Source: Spirochaetia bacterium (GTDB lineage: Bacteria; Spirochaetota; Spirochaetia; UBA9216). Taken from it: DNA of 64,000 nt. Shown here piece after piece: positions 47,830 to 57,909 of the stretch (within the stretch, counting starts at the first letter, position 1; each line of letters starts with the position of its first letter). The stretch covers positions 1,760,001 through 1,824,000 of the forward strand of contig CAXXYH010000003.1 in the NCBI GenBank assembly GCA_963677925.2, written 5' to 3'. Under the pieces are notes generated by a model that did no database searches, was not told the origin of the DNA, and worked only from the letters and a program-made list of their open reading frames with translations. The position numbers and the translations under genes are program-made.

Positions 47830-48972
47830 ATGAGTACAGTATGGCAGAAAAAGAATTTAAACCGGGCAGAGCTTAAGACCGATATTGCAGCAATTCTTGA
47901 TGCATCTAAAGCCTGCGGATGGCTTGGAGAAAAATCGGCACCGGTACTGCTCAAACCGAATCTTGTCGTAAGCAAACCGGCCGCCGGAGGAGCAACAACA
48001 CACCCCGAGATAGCTGCGGCTCTTATAGAATATCTTAGCGACAAAGGATACACAGACATCAGGATTGCTGAAGGCTCATGGGTAGGTGATTCCACACAGA
48101 AAGCTTACAAGACCTGCGGATACACCGATCTTCAGAAAAGGTATGGAACAGAACTAATCGATCTTCAGAAGGACGGCGCAGTGCCTGTAGAAATTATGGG
48201 AGAGCAGTATAAAATTTGCCGAAGCATAGCAGATCTCAAGAATAACGGAGGCAGTCTTATAAACCTTCCGGTTTTAAAGGGTCACGGACAGACAAGGGTG
48301 ACATGCGCGCTAAAGAATCTGAAAGGCTGCATTCCCAACTCTGAAAAACGCAGATACCATACTCTCGGTGTCCACCAGCCTGTAGCCCTGCTGAATACTG
48401 TCATAAAACCGGCCTTCGCTCTGGTAGACGGCCTTAACGGTGACCCCTACTGGGAAGAGGGCGGCTCTCCTGAAAAGCGGGACCTGCTTCTATTAGGCCG
48501 GGATCCGGTTTCAATTGACAGTTATGCCTGCATGCTGCTGGGCGTAGAACCTTCAGATATAAAATATATCCGAATCGCAGGTGAGCTTGGGATAGGAAAT
48601 AATATAGGCATAGAGACCGACGTAATTAATCTTGACGGCACTTCCTCTGCGAAGAAGATGAAGCCTGCCGGGTCAGCTGAGGCAGAAAAGATAATTGACT
48701 GGATTGAACAGATTACAGATCAGCGCTCGGCATGTTCAGCCTGTTTCGGTAATCTTGCCACAGCCCTTCGTTCATTTCATAATTCCGACAGAAAAGCAGC
48801 GGAGGCAATCGCTGAAAAATCCATCTGCATAGGACAGGATTTCAGAGGCAGCGAAATAACCAGCAGCCTGATTGGTGTAGGTAAATGTGTAAAGGGCGGA
48901 TTTGAAATCAAAGGATGCCCGCCGTCCGAACGGACAATCCTTGAGGCTCTTGAAAGTCTTTTTGCCAAATAA
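47830..48972 (+). CDS. DUF362-domain Fe-S protein
   Basis: LLKPNLV, TTHPE, INLPVLKGH, ALKNLKGC, DPVSID, C-terminal ACSAC..C..GCPP; start taken at ATG 47830. Confidence 0.8.
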   Translation: MSTVWQKKNLNRAELKTDIAAILDASKACGWLGEKSAPVLLKPNLVVSKPAAGGATTHPEIAAALIEYLSDKGYTDIRIAEGSWVGDSTQKAYKTCGYTDLQKRYGTELIDLQKDGAVPVEIMGEQYKICRSIADLKNNGGSLINLPVLKGHGQTRVTCALKNLKGCIPNSEKRRYHTLGVHQPVALLNTVIKPAFALVDGLNGDPYWEEGGSPEKRDLLLLGRDPVSIDSYACMLLGVEPSDIKYIRIAGELGIGNNIGIETDVINLDGTSSAKKMKPAGSAEAEKIIDWIEQITDQRSACSACFGNLATALRSFHNSDRKAAEAIAEKSICIGQDFRGSEITSSLIGVGKCVKGGFEIKGCPPSERTILEALESLFAK

Positions 48973-49007
48973 AAAAGAGCCGGCTGGAATTACATCCCGA
49001 CCGGCTC
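48971..49007 (-). terminator. intrinsic terminator after the malic enzyme gene
   Basis: GAGCCGG...CCGGCTC stem with an A-run on the left. Confidence 0.7.
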
Positions 49008-49047
49008 CTGATAATTATTTCCGAAAAAGTATTAATTTGAAGCTCTG

Positions 49048-50331
49048 CTAATCCCAGTATTTTTTCATTCTCGAGCGCAGCTCTTCCCGGTAGGCATCCC
49101 AGTCAGTTATCGGCTCACGTGCGTGACCTTCTTCACAGGCTGCCCTGGCTACGGCTATGGCCTCCCACTCAATGACTCTTGGGTCAAAGGGTTTGGGAAC
49201 AATGTATTCCCTTCCGAATGTAAAATCCCGTCCGTAGGCTTTTCTAACCTCATCAGTCACAGGCTCCCGAGCCAGAAGCGCAAGAGCTTTTGCCGCTGCC
49301 ATCTTCATGCCTTCAGAGATGGCAATTGATTTAACATCAAGTGCGCCCCTGAAAATAAAGGGAAACCCAAGGACATTGTTCACCTGGTTGGGAAAGTCGC
49401 TTCGGCCTGTCGCCATAATTACGTCGGATCGTGTTTCCGTTGCAAGCTCATATGTTATTTCAGGGTTCGGATTAGCCATAGCAAAAACTATAGGGTCCTT
49501 TGCCATTGAAAGAAGCATCTCAGGACTCACACAGCCCTCGGTTGAAAGACCGACAAAAACATCGGCACCGTTCATCGCGTCAGAAAGACTTCTTGCATCC
49601 GTCTCAACAGCAAATTCAGCCTTCTGCTCGGTCATCTTCTCATCACGGCCTTTATATATAACCCCGCGGCTGTCGCACATAAGCAGATTTTCTTTTGAAA
49701 CCCCTGCGGCTATAAACATTCTGGCACAGCTTATTCCTGCAGCTCCCGCTCCGTTGAAAACAACCTTCATTTCTGAAATCCGTTTTCCCGCAACTTCCGC
49801 TGCGTTGATCATTCCGGCAGTGCAGATTATTGCAGTTCCGTGCTGGTCATCATGAAAAACCGGAATATCGCAGATCTCTTTGAGCGACTTTTCAATTTTA
49901 AAGCATTCAGGAGCTTTAATATCTTCGAGGTTGATTCCTCCGAAGGTCGGCGACATTGCCTTTACAATTCGTATCAGTTCATCAGGGTCCTGAGTATCGA
50001 GTTCGATATCAAAGACATCGATATCGGCAAATCTCTTAAAAAGAACCCCCTTACCTTCCATTACAGGTTTTGAAGCAAGGCCGCCCCTGTTGCCAAGGCC
50101 CAGAATTGCCGTACCGTTGGAGATAACCCCGACCAGGTTGCCTTTTGCAGTGTACTTATATGCGTTAGCCGGATTTTCGGCAATCTCAAGTACAGGCTTG
50201 GCAACACCCGGTGTATACGCGAGTGAAAGGTCGTCTGCCGTCATGCAGGGCTTGGTGGCGCAAACCTCAATCTTGCCGGGTTTGCCGTTCATACTGTGAT
50301 ATTCAAGTGCTTTCTTTGTCAGTTCATCCAT
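49048..50331 (-). CDS. malic enzyme (MaeB-type catalytic domain, no PTA domain)
   Basis: [50 protein letters not shown]. Confidence 0.93.
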   Translation of the reverse strand: MDELTKKALEYHSMNGKPGKIEVCATKPCMTADDLSLAYTPGVAKPVLEIAENPANAYKYTAKGNLVGVISNGTAILGLGNRGGLASKPVMEGKGVLFKRFADIDVFDIELDTQDPDELIRIVKAMSPTFGGINLEDIKAPECFKIEKSLKEICDIPVFHDDQHGTAIICTAGMINAAEVAGKRISEMKVVFNGAGAAGISCARMFIAAGVSKENLLMCDSRGVIYKGRDEKMTEQKAEFAVETDARSLSDAMNGADVFVGLSTEGCVSPEMLLSMAKDPIVFAMANPNPEITYELATETRSDVIMATGRSDFPNQVNNVLGFPFIFRGALDVKSIAISEGMKMAAAKALALLAREPVTDEVRKAYGRDFTFGREYIVPKPFDPRVIEWEAIAVARAACEEGHAREPITDWDAYREELRSRMKKYWD

Positions 50332-50337
50332 ACTAAA

Positions 50338-51462
50338 TCAATCCCATGGAAATTTATAATCCATCTCCCATCTGTCTCTAAGAGCCGACATCTGGTTCCG
50401 GAGAACTTCCGGAACAGGACAGCCGTGCTCTTTTCTGTAATTCCAGGCAAGCCATTCCTTCTCGCCCGCTGTATAAATACGTTCTTCTCCCTCGGCTTTC
50501 TGAGAATTGCGCAGATCCCGCATTATCGAACCTGCGATTTTTGTAAAAATATCAATGCCGAGAAAGAAATCAATATTAATTGCCATAAAAAAGTGTCCAA
50601 GAGGATATGGTATCCGGTTGCCTTCTTCATCAAAACCGTTGAGGGCTTTAAGATACGAGCCGCCCTGAAGTGCCGCTGAAAGGACCTCAACAACCGTTGC
50701 ATAACCGAAGCCCTTATAGCCGCCGGTAATCTCTCCCAGTCCTCCGACGGGAGCCAGAGCAGCCTTGCCCTTTGTAAGATCCACCAGAATCTGATCGGTA
50801 TCAGTCCGTGTCTTTCCGTCCTTGCCGATAACCCAGCCCGGCGGCAGTTCCTTACCGGCTCTTGAGTACATCTCAATCTTTCCGCGCTGGGTAACCGAGG
50901 TAGCACAGTCCAGAACAAAGGGAAACTCTTCATCTGTGGGGAATCCGAATGTAATTGGGTTGGTCCCCAGCATGTTTTCAACACCGAAGGTCGGCGCAAT
51001 AGAGGGTCTGGCATTTGTACCGGTGATACCTATCATACCGGCTTCACTTGCCATTGTTACGTAGTAGCCTGCAATTCCGTAGTGGGTGGAATTCCTGACA
51101 GTAACCATTCCAAGACCGTTTTCCTTTGCCTTATCGATTGCCATCTGCATGGCCTTTTTACCGACAACATGGCCCATACCGTTATTACCGTCAAGAACTG
51201 CGGTAGTCGGAGTTTCCTTGATTACATCTATCTTTGTAACCGGGTTAAGAATTCCCCAGTCAATTCTATCTATATAAATAGGCTTAAGCCTTCCGATTCC
51301 GTGAGAATCTATTCCGCGTTTGTCCGACTCAATTAGGATATCCGAGACGATTGAAGCATCAGCCTCGGGCAGCCCGCTCTTAATCAGGCAGTCCTTCATA
51401 AAACTTTCAAGAACCTCAAAATCAATCCATACACAATCCGTATACGCATCCTGGTATGCCAT
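50338..51462 (-). CDS. Ldh_2-family oxidoreductase (malate/L-2-hydroxyacid dehydrogenase)
   Basis: GIDSHG, NSTHYGIAG, GTNPI, LDCATS, GYKGFG, IYTAGEKE. Confidence 0.88.
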   Translation of the reverse strand: MAYQDAYTDCVWIDFEVLESFMKDCLIKSGLPEADASIVSDILIESDKRGIDSHGIGRLKPIYIDRIDWGILNPVTKIDVIKETPTTAVLDGNNGMGHVVGKKAMQMAIDKAKENGLGMVTVRNSTHYGIAGYYVTMASEAGMIGITGTNARPSIAPTFGVENMLGTNPITFGFPTDEEFPFVLDCATSVTQRGKIEMYSRAGKELPPGWVIGKDGKTRTDTDQILVDLTKGKAALAPVGGLGEITGGYKGFGYATVVEVLSAALQGGSYLKALNGFDEEGNRIPYPLGHFFMAINIDFFLGIDIFTKIAGSIMRDLRNSQKAEGEERIYTAGEKEWLAWNYRKEHGCPVPEVLRNQMSALRDRWEMDYKFPWD

Positions 51463-51477
51463 TTTATACCTCCATAA

Positions 51478-52266
51478 TCAGCCTTTACAGCCTTCCTTAA
51501 TTATTCTGATACCCGCCTCTTCAAAGTCGGGCCTGAAAGACTCATCAAAATCCCTGTCTGTTAGCAGAACATCGGCATTACTCAATGCTGTGGTAAAAAA
51601 GGTAGTTACTCTTCCAACCTTACTGCTGTCGGCGGCAACAATTACCGGTCCGGCAGTCTGTTCGATCATCATCTTGGTTACGGCAGCCTCCTGAGAAACC
51701 GGTGAAGTGATGCCGCTTTTAAGACTGATACCGTCTGCACCGATAAAAAGCTTTGTACCGCTTATCTGCCTTATCAGCTGGGAAGCAAAATCTCCGACAG
51801 TACATCCGGAGTTGGTGCGAAGTACTCCGCCAATTAAAATTATTTCGGTGTCCTCAGCAGGATTTGCCGAAGCGGCTGCAATAACATTGTTTGTTACGAT
51901 TCTTATGGAAGGAAGTGCCGCAATCACACGGATCAGATGGCTGGTTGTTGATCCGCTGTTTACGAAGACAGTATCTCCGGGTTCAATAAAATCAGCAGCG
52001 AGTGCGGCGATTGACTCCTTGGCATCAAGCCGCTCCGAATCTTTTTCACTGAAGCTGCTTTCATTCTTTATATGCCGGGTAAGTATTGCCCCGCCGTGAG
52101 TCCGTTCAAGCAGACCCTCCGACTCAAGCTCGGCAAGATCCCTGCGGATGGTAATGACCGATACATTGAAATGCTTTGAAAGCTCATCAACGCTTATGAA
52201 ACGGCGCTCCTGTATCAGCGATAGTATCTCGGTTCGTCTGCCCGCGGGAATAAGTCCATTTGACAT
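51478..52266 (-). CDS. DeoR/GlpR-family transcriptional regulator
   Basis: VSVITIRRDL..LE...RTHGGA, FVNSGSTT, ADSSKVG. Confidence 0.93.
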   Translation of the reverse strand: MSNGLIPAGRRTEILSLIQERRFISVDELSKHFNVSVITIRRDLAELESEGLLERTHGGAILTRHIKNESSFSEKDSERLDAKESIAALAADFIEPGDTVFVNSGSTTSHLIRVIAALPSIRIVTNNVIAAASANPAEDTEIILIGGVLRTNSGCTVGDFASQLIRQISGTKLFIGADGISLKSGITSPVSQEAAVTKMMIEQTAGPVIVAADSSKVGRVTTFFTTALSNADVLLTDRDFDESFRPDFEEAGIRIIKEGCKG

Positions 52267-52286
52267 ACTTAAAGTATAGCTGGAGA

Positions 52287-52348
52287 ATGAACGTTTGTAA
52301 ATATAATATGAACGTTTTCGGTCTTATTATGACCGTTTTCGACCGTTT
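52287..52348. promoter_or_regulatory. 21-bp-period direct-repeat operator array over the DeoR promoter
   Basis: ATGAACGTTT (52287), ATGAACGTTT (52308), ATGACCGTTT (52329), plus GACCGTTT (52341); minus-strand promoter TTTACA(52301-296)-17-TATACT(52278-73). Confidence 0.75.
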
Positions 52349-52565
52349 ACTTCAGATATGAGGTACCCCTCTCATTTACAATACTTATAAAGTTTTCAAT
52401 TGATCTGTCTCCAGAGCTCTCCATATCAGCCGGGAAGTAGCAGGCAGGCAGTGCGCCCTTGGCCCTGTGGTTAGCCACACATTCACAGCAGATTCCCTTT
52501 CGCCCGCAGCTGAAAGTACAGTTGCAGAATTCCAGATTTCTTTCCTTGTTTTCACACTTAGTCAT
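52347..52565 (-). CDS. small Cys-rich protein (DUF6485-like)
   Basis: CNCTFSC.RKG.CCECV..H..LPACYF..DRS pattern; GAGG-containing SD upstream. Confidence 0.7.
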   Translation of the reverse strand: MTKCENKERNLEFCNCTFSCGRKGICCECVANHRAKGALPACYFPADMESSGDRSIENFISIVNERGTSYLK

Positions 52566-52595
52566 TTTTATTTCTCCTCTTAATATAGAACAGCT

Positions 52596-53381
52596 TCAGA
52601 ACGATGAAGTTAAAAAACTGCTTACCAGCTCTGTAAATTCATCGGGCTCTTCCGAATGTACCCAGTGACCTGCGCCATCAATAGTCTCAAGGTCAGCAGC
52701 AGGAAACAGCTGCATTATTAGCGGAATATATTCATCCTTAACGTAGTCGGATGCTCCGCCGCGTATAAAAAGTGCAGGTCCGCTGTAAACACGGCCGCCT
52801 TTAACCGGTTCCCAGATATTGCTGTAATGGGACGTTATTCCTTTCAGATTGATCCGCCATTTGTAGATTTCACCGTCTTTTTTAAGGTTGGTCAGAAAAA
52901 ACATCCTTAAGGCCCTGTCGGGAACAATTTCTTCAATCAGCTTTCCTGCATCAGAGCGCTTTTTAACTCCGGACAGATCAAGATCACGCAGAGCGTTGAT
53001 ATAGATGGAATATTCAGACTTATACTGAACAGGGGCAATATCAGCCACAACAATCGACTTCACCCGCGCAGGGTTTGCCAGAGCCGATTCCATTGACATC
53101 TTTCCGCCCATTGAATGTCCAACGATATGAAATTCCTGAAGCCTGAGATGATCTGCAAGTTCAATCAAATCTGCAGCCATCAGCGGATAACTCATCTCAT
53201 CCGAGTGAAAAGATTCTCCATGGTTCCGCAAATCAACAGTTATAATCCGAAACTTCCCCGGCGCAGATCTATCAAGCTTTTTTACAATGGTTCCCCAGTT
53301 CTCAGCATTTCCCAGCAGGCCGTGAAGAAAAAAAACCGGAACAGGGGCTTCCGGATTGGTTATTTTATAATTAAGCAGCAC
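52596..53381 (-). CDS. alpha/beta hydrolase, YbfF/ABHD11-like esterase
   Basis: HGLLG..NW, DLRNHG, GHSMGGK, DIAP, AGHWVH; GTG start at 53381 right after the NagD stop. Confidence 0.88.
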   Translation of the reverse strand: MLLNYKITNPEAPVPVFFLHGLLGNAENWGTIVKKLDRSAPGKFRIITVDLRNHGESFHSDEMSYPLMAADLIELADHLRLQEFHIVGHSMGGKMSMESALANPARVKSIVVADIAPVQYKSEYSIYINALRDLDLSGVKKRSDAGKLIEEIVPDRALRMFFLTNLKKDGEIYKWRINLKGITSHYSNIWEPVKGGRVYSGPALFIRGGASDYVKDEYIPLIMQLFPAADLETIDGAGHWVHSEEPDEFTELVSSFLTSSF

Positions 53382-53382
53382 T

Positions 53383-54186
53383 TCAGCTCTCTTCCTCTGA
53401 TTTTTTCCCCGTTTTCGGCGGAATATCCACGACCCCATCCAGAATATAATTCGGCCTGTATGCAAAGCGGTTAATATCATCACGGCTTGTGACGCCGCTT
53501 AAGACCAGTACAGTTTCAATCTCGGCTTCTATTCCGGAGATAACATCAGTATCCATACGGTCTCCGACAATTACAGTATCTTCGCGCTTGGATTCAAGCC
53601 TTTTAAGGGCATGCCTCATCATAAGCGGATTCGGCTTCCCTACAAAGTAGGCTTTATTACCGGTTGCAAGTTCTATCGGAGCCATCAGGGCTCCTGTAGC
53701 CGGAGAAATTCCGCCTTCAATAGGACCTGTCAGATCAGGATTGGTACCTATGAGCTTGGCTCCGCGCATTATAAGATTAACTGCATGCTCCAGCATATCC
53801 ATGTTGTAGGTTTTCGATTCACCGACAACTACATAGTCGGGGTTTACATCATTCATGGTAAAACCGGCATTGTAGAGGGCATTTATAAGACCCGCTTCAC
53901 CGATAACAAAAACTGAACCGCCCGGCTGCTGCTGTTCCAGAAAACCGGCAGTTGCGAGAGCGCTGGTATAGAAATGCTCTTTTTCAACCTCAACACCAAG
54001 TCTGGCCAGTTTCTGCTGAAGCTCAAGGGGTGAGCGCTGACTGCTGTTTGTAAGAAACAGAAACTTTTTATCTTCATCCTTAAGCCAGTTAACAAATTCC
54101 TTCACTCCTGGAAGCAAACGGTTTCCATGATATATAACACCGTCCATATCGCATATGAACGCCTTTTTGTCCCTTAAATCATCCAT
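53383..54186 (-). CDS. nagD: HAD-superfamily IIA phosphatase (NagD-like)
   Basis: DMDGVIY, LTNSS, TNPD, GKPNP, GDRMDTD, VLSG. Confidence 0.88.
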   Translation of the reverse strand: MDDLRDKKAFICDMDGVIYHGNRLLPGVKEFVNWLKDEDKKFLFLTNSSQRSPLELQQKLARLGVEVEKEHFYTSALATAGFLEQQQPGGSVFVIGEAGLINALYNAGFTMNDVNPDYVVVGESKTYNMDMLEHAVNLIMRGAKLIGTNPDLTGPIEGGISPATGALMAPIELATGNKAYFVGKPNPLMMRHALKRLESKREDTVIVGDRMDTDVISGIEAEIETVLVLSGVTSRDDINRFAYRPNYILDGVVDIPPKTGKKSEEES

Positions 54187-54203
54187 AATTCACCTCTTCT
54201 TCA

Positions 54204-54830
54204 TTATATTTTATAACTCAATGTTAATCCATGACCTACCGGAAGTATACTGCTGTATAAATCCTTACGGGCAAAGACCATGCGGTTGTACAGGTCTGTG
54301 TGCCGTCCCAGATTCGGCCTGACTGAATCTTCAACTGCAAACAGAGTATCCTCGGCAATAATCAGTCCGCCCTCTTTCAGGAGCGACACAGTCCGATCGA
54401 GAAGCTGGGGATAAAGATACTTGCCGCAGTCCTGAAATACAATATCAAAGGGGCCGTCAAGCTGCTGAATGATCTCTTCCGCGTCACCTGAAATCGCAGT
54501 TACAATATCATCATATCCTGCAGTCCGGTAATTCTCTAAGGCTTCAAGATGCAGACGGTGTTTTGAATCAATGGTAGTAAGATGCCCGCCCGTAATCCTG
54601 AGCGCTTCAAGAAACCAGAGCCCCGAGCTCCCGTTGCTGCTTCCCAGTTCGAGTACTGCTTTTGCATTCATCAGTCTTACAAGCAGGGAAAGAAAACTGC
54701 CGACCTCGGGTTCGACTTCCGGCTGTACATCATTTCGCCTGCTGTTAGCCTCGGCAATCACGCTGATAACGCCGTTTCCGGGCTTTATAAAGCCTCTAAG
54801 GTATTCAAGTTTATCATCAATATCCTTCAT
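54204..54830 (-). CDS. SAM-dependent O-methyltransferase (Methyltransf_3 / TrmR-like)
   Basis: VLELGSSNG, GDA, FDIVFQD..K..Y, LKEGGLII. Confidence 0.85.
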   Translation of the reverse strand: MKDIDDKLEYLRGFIKPGNGVISVIAEANSRRNDVQPEVEPEVGSFLSLLVRLMNAKAVLELGSSNGSSGLWFLEALRITGGHLTTIDSKHRLHLEALENYRTAGYDDIVTAISGDAEEIIQQLDGPFDIVFQDCGKYLYPQLLDRTVSLLKEGGLIIAEDTLFAVEDSVRPNLGRHTDLYNRMVFARKDLYSSILPVGHGLTLSYKI

Positions 54831-54888
54831 GACGGAATTCTATAACAAAAGTAACACCTTTGTAAGGTAGCCGTGTTATATTTTATCT

Positions 54889-55158
54889 ATGGATGTAAAC
54901 GAAGAAAAATATGAAAGAGCACGCAAACGTGCCCAGGAAAAAATGGGGTTCTTGAGACATCTTGTAACATACATTGTTACGATGGTCTTTCTGGCAGTTG
55001 TCAACAACATGACATGGGGAGGCTACCAGTGGTGGCTTTGGGCAGCACTGGGATGGGGAATAGGAGTTGTTTCTCACTTCTTTCAGGTATATGCCTTTAA
55101 AAACAGCAGCCTTGAAAGAAGACTCATAGAGAAAGAACTGGAAGATATGGAAGACTGA
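54889..55158 (+). CDS. 2TM-domain membrane protein
   Basis: YERARKR..GF..H...Y, W..W..GWGIGV..H pattern. Confidence 0.8.
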   Translation: MDVNEEKYERARKRAQEKMGFLRHLVTYIVTMVFLAVVNNMTWGGYQWWLWAALGWGIGVVSHFFQVYAFKNSSLERRLIEKELEDMED

Positions 55159-55162
55159 GATT

Positions 55163-56047
55163 ATGAGAAGATCTTCGCTTGATTTTATAAATGTTATCGG
55201 CTTCCTTGCAGTTCTCGGTCTGGTCGTTTTTTCGGCTTATACAATGATTTTCAGTAAACCGTATTTTATGGGCGGATTCAGAGACGGATTCCGGGATGGG
55301 TTCAGCAGCGACGACTCATGGTCCTCCGAAAGTGAAGCGGATGAATCGGGCAGCTTTAGTGCCGAATCTGATGTTTCCTATCTGGATATCTCAAATGTAT
55401 CCGGAGATATATCGGTAAAAAGCTCCTCCGGAAGCCTCGTAGAAGTTGAATACTACAAGCACGGTCCGGGAAGGCTCCCTGATTATAAAGTCGAGTACTC
55501 GGGCGAAACAATGATCCTTAAAGCAGTCTATCCCAAAACACCCGGGATTACAGGTTCAATTGATTTCGTACTGATGGTGCCTTCATCCCTGACTGAAATC
55601 GAGGCTTCAACAGTGAGTGGTAAAATTAAAATTGATGAACTTGAATCTGAAACCACGCAGAAACTCAACACAACCTCCGGCTCAATTTCAACAGAGGGCG
55701 CATATGAGCTTGACGCGAAGAGCGTAAGCGGCAGTATTGATTTCAAGGCCCACGGCGGAGATATAAGGGCAACCACAACCTCCGGCCGAATCAGCGGCGA
55801 GAGCGGCTCGGTAATTGACGGCCGAAGCAGAATAACTATAAAATCTGTTTCAGGCGGAGTAAGACTGAAGCTTGATGAACTTGATAATGCGGATATTGAT
55901 CTGCATTCTGTAAGCGGTTCGGTGAATACCGATTTTCCTGTAATGGTAAGCTCCGTTAAAAATAACACAATAAAGGGAAAAATAGGAGACGGAGGAAGCA
56001 GTATTGAGATGAATACTGTTTCCGGTTCTATTAAGCTCAGTGAATGA
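55163..56047 (+). CDS. DUF4097 beta-strand-repeat (adhesin-like) membrane-anchored protein
   Basis: N-terminal TM; repeated [ST][VT]SG.I units. Confidence 0.8.
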   Translation: MRRSSLDFINVIGFLAVLGLVVFSAYTMIFSKPYFMGGFRDGFRDGFSSDDSWSSESEADESGSFSAESDVSYLDISNVSGDISVKSSSGSLVEVEYYKHGPGRLPDYKVEYSGETMILKAVYPKTPGITGSIDFVLMVPSSLTEIEASTVSGKIKIDELESETTQKLNTTSGSISTEGAYELDAKSVSGSIDFKAHGGDIRATTTSGRISGESGSVIDGRSRITIKSVSGGVRLKLDELDNADIDLHSVSGSVNTDFPVMVSSVKNNTIKGKIGDGGSSIEMNTVSGSIKLSE

Positions 56048-56895
56048 ATGGATTAATACTCGAGGGCGGTGGAATGCGCGGAGCCTTCACCGCCGGTGTT
56101 CTTGATGCATTTTTGGAAAAAGAACTTTACTTCGATTATGTATGCGGTGTTTCAGCCGGTGCAAGCAACGGCGCTTCATATATATCAAGGCAGAAGGGCA
56201 GAAACCGCAAAATATTTGTCGAGAAAACAAAAGAGTTCAGCTATTTCAGCCTGAAACACTTCCCGAAACAAAAGAGCTTCCTTGATATCAGACTTCTTTT
56301 CGACACCTACCCGAATAAGCTTGTACCCTTTGATTATAAAACCTTTGATTCAAACCCTGCCCTCTTCAAGGTCTGCCTGACAGACTGTGAAACAGGGAAG
56401 CCTGAATATGTAGAGCGGCACAGTGTCGATCATGAAGAGTTTATGATGAAAATACTTGCCGGCTCAAACAGCCTGCCTCTTGTTTCTCCACCGGTGCAGC
56501 ATATGGGCAGAAAGTTTCTTGACGGAGGCTTAAGCGACTCAATTCCGGCAGAAAAGGCCTTTGAGGACGGCTGCAGAAAATGTGTGGTCATACTTACAAG
56601 GGAAGACGGGTACAGGAAAAAGCCGTCAAAATCAGCAGGAATTACCTCCCTGCTCTACAATGGAATGCCGGGAGTCGGAACAGCTCTTAAAAGCAGACAC
56701 CTTGAATACAACAGGTCGCTTGACTACTGCGAAAAGCAGGAACGTTCCGGAATGGTTTTCCGTATACTTCCGGACGAAACAATGGATGTGGGAAGGACCG
56801 AATCAGATTTTAAAAAACTGGACAGCCTTTACAGACACGGATATGAAAAAGGTCTTAAACTTCACCCTTCAATAACTGAATTCCTGTTCTCCTGA
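56044..56895 (+). CDS. patatin-like phospholipase
   Basis: LEGGGMRG, GVSAGA, DGG motifs. Confidence 0.9.
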   Translation: MNGLILEGGGMRGAFTAGVLDAFLEKELYFDYVCGVSAGASNGASYISRQKGRNRKIFVEKTKEFSYFSLKHFPKQKSFLDIRLLFDTYPNKLVPFDYKTFDSNPALFKVCLTDCETGKPEYVERHSVDHEEFMMKILAGSNSLPLVSPPVQHMGRKFLDGGLSDSIPAEKAFEDGCRKCVVILTREDGYRKKPSKSAGITSLLYNGMPGVGTALKSRHLEYNRSLDYCEKQERSGMVFRILPDETMDVGRTESDFKKLDSLYRHGYEKGLKLHPSITEFLFS

Positions 56896-57824
56896 GACAA
56901 GCCGGCTTCCCTCCTGACTATTATCAGACATCCTGACAGAAGGACAAGGCTTCCGGCAATCTGAATCAAACTGAGCCGCTCATCAAAAAGAAAAAATGAA
57001 ACTATAGAAGCAATCACAGGAATCAACAGTCCGATGGTTGAACTGAACATGATACCGACCATTTTTATAGATGTGTAATAAAAGGAATACGCCAGACCAA
57101 TCCCTACAAGGCTTGAAACGGCAAGTACAGCCCATGCGGACATCGGGGCTTCAGGAAGTATTATCCGGCCCCCACCTTCAAAGAGCATTGTGATAACAAA
57201 CAGCGGAACAACAATTGTAAAAAGAAAGCTTGTTGCAAAATAGGATTCCACCGGAGGAACTCTGGTTTTTATCATGAAAGTGAATAAAGCCCATGAGGCT
57301 GATGAAATGAGAATATAAATAACACCCCTGACAGAATTTCCGCCGGCGGCAGCTGAGGACCCGCTGCTGAGGACTTCAGGAATCAGAGTAAAAGCCAGAC
57401 CGGTCAGCGTGATGATAATTCCTGTTCTAAGAATCCTGTCACGTAAAAAATATCTTTCCGAAGGTATAAAAAGGTAGCTCAGCAGAAAAGAGAATAGAAG
57501 AGTCGACTCCTCGAGTATGGCAGTGATACCGGGAAATAGAAGAAAAACTCCTGCTATCAGAAAATACTGGTGTGTAAAATTAAAAACAGCCGTCAAAATC
57601 AGTGAGGGGACATGCTTTTTCATAAGAACAAACCTCGAACGCAGGCTTGATTTACGCAGACTGACTGCCGTAAAAATCCAGAGTATGACAAGCGACAGGC
57701 TGTATCTGAAGAAATTCTGAAAGCCTACGGAGAACCAGTCTTTAACAAGCCTGATAAGAGTCGGACTGACAGCCCAGCAGAGAACAGACAGCAGGCTGAA
57801 AAGCATGGCGGTTTTTCTTTTCAT
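56862..57824 (-). CDS. DMT/EamA-family transporter
   Basis: About 10 TM segments in two EamA-like halves; C-terminal PV..S.F.FDERL...G..LVL.G. Confidence 0.85.
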   Translation of the reverse strand: MKRKTAMLFSLLSVLCWAVSPTLIRLVKDWFSVGFQNFFRYSLSLVILWIFTAVSLRKSSLRSRFVLMKKHVPSLILTAVFNFTHQYFLIAGVFLLFPGITAILEESTLLFSFLLSYLFIPSERYFLRDRILRTGIIITLTGLAFTLIPEVLSSGSSAAAGGNSVRGVIYILISSASWALFTFMIKTRVPPVESYFATSFLFTIVVPLFVITMLFEGGGRIILPEAPMSAWAVLAVSSLVGIGLAYSFYYTSIKMVGIMFSSTIGLLIPVIASIVSFFLFDERLSLIQIAGSLVLLSGCLIIVRREAGLSQENRNSVIEG

Positions 57825-57909
57825 TGAAACAATATATGATTATTCATAAGTATTTGCCATCGCTCTGATTTATTATTAGAATTATGACAGACGGATATTA
57901 TTTTTTGCT

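Noticed and set aside
47608-48095. Apparent long head-to-head overlap of the gabD and DUF362 ORFs
   Set aside because: Artefact of upstream start selection; the likely starts are 47774 (-) and 47830 (+), leaving a 55-bp intergenic region.
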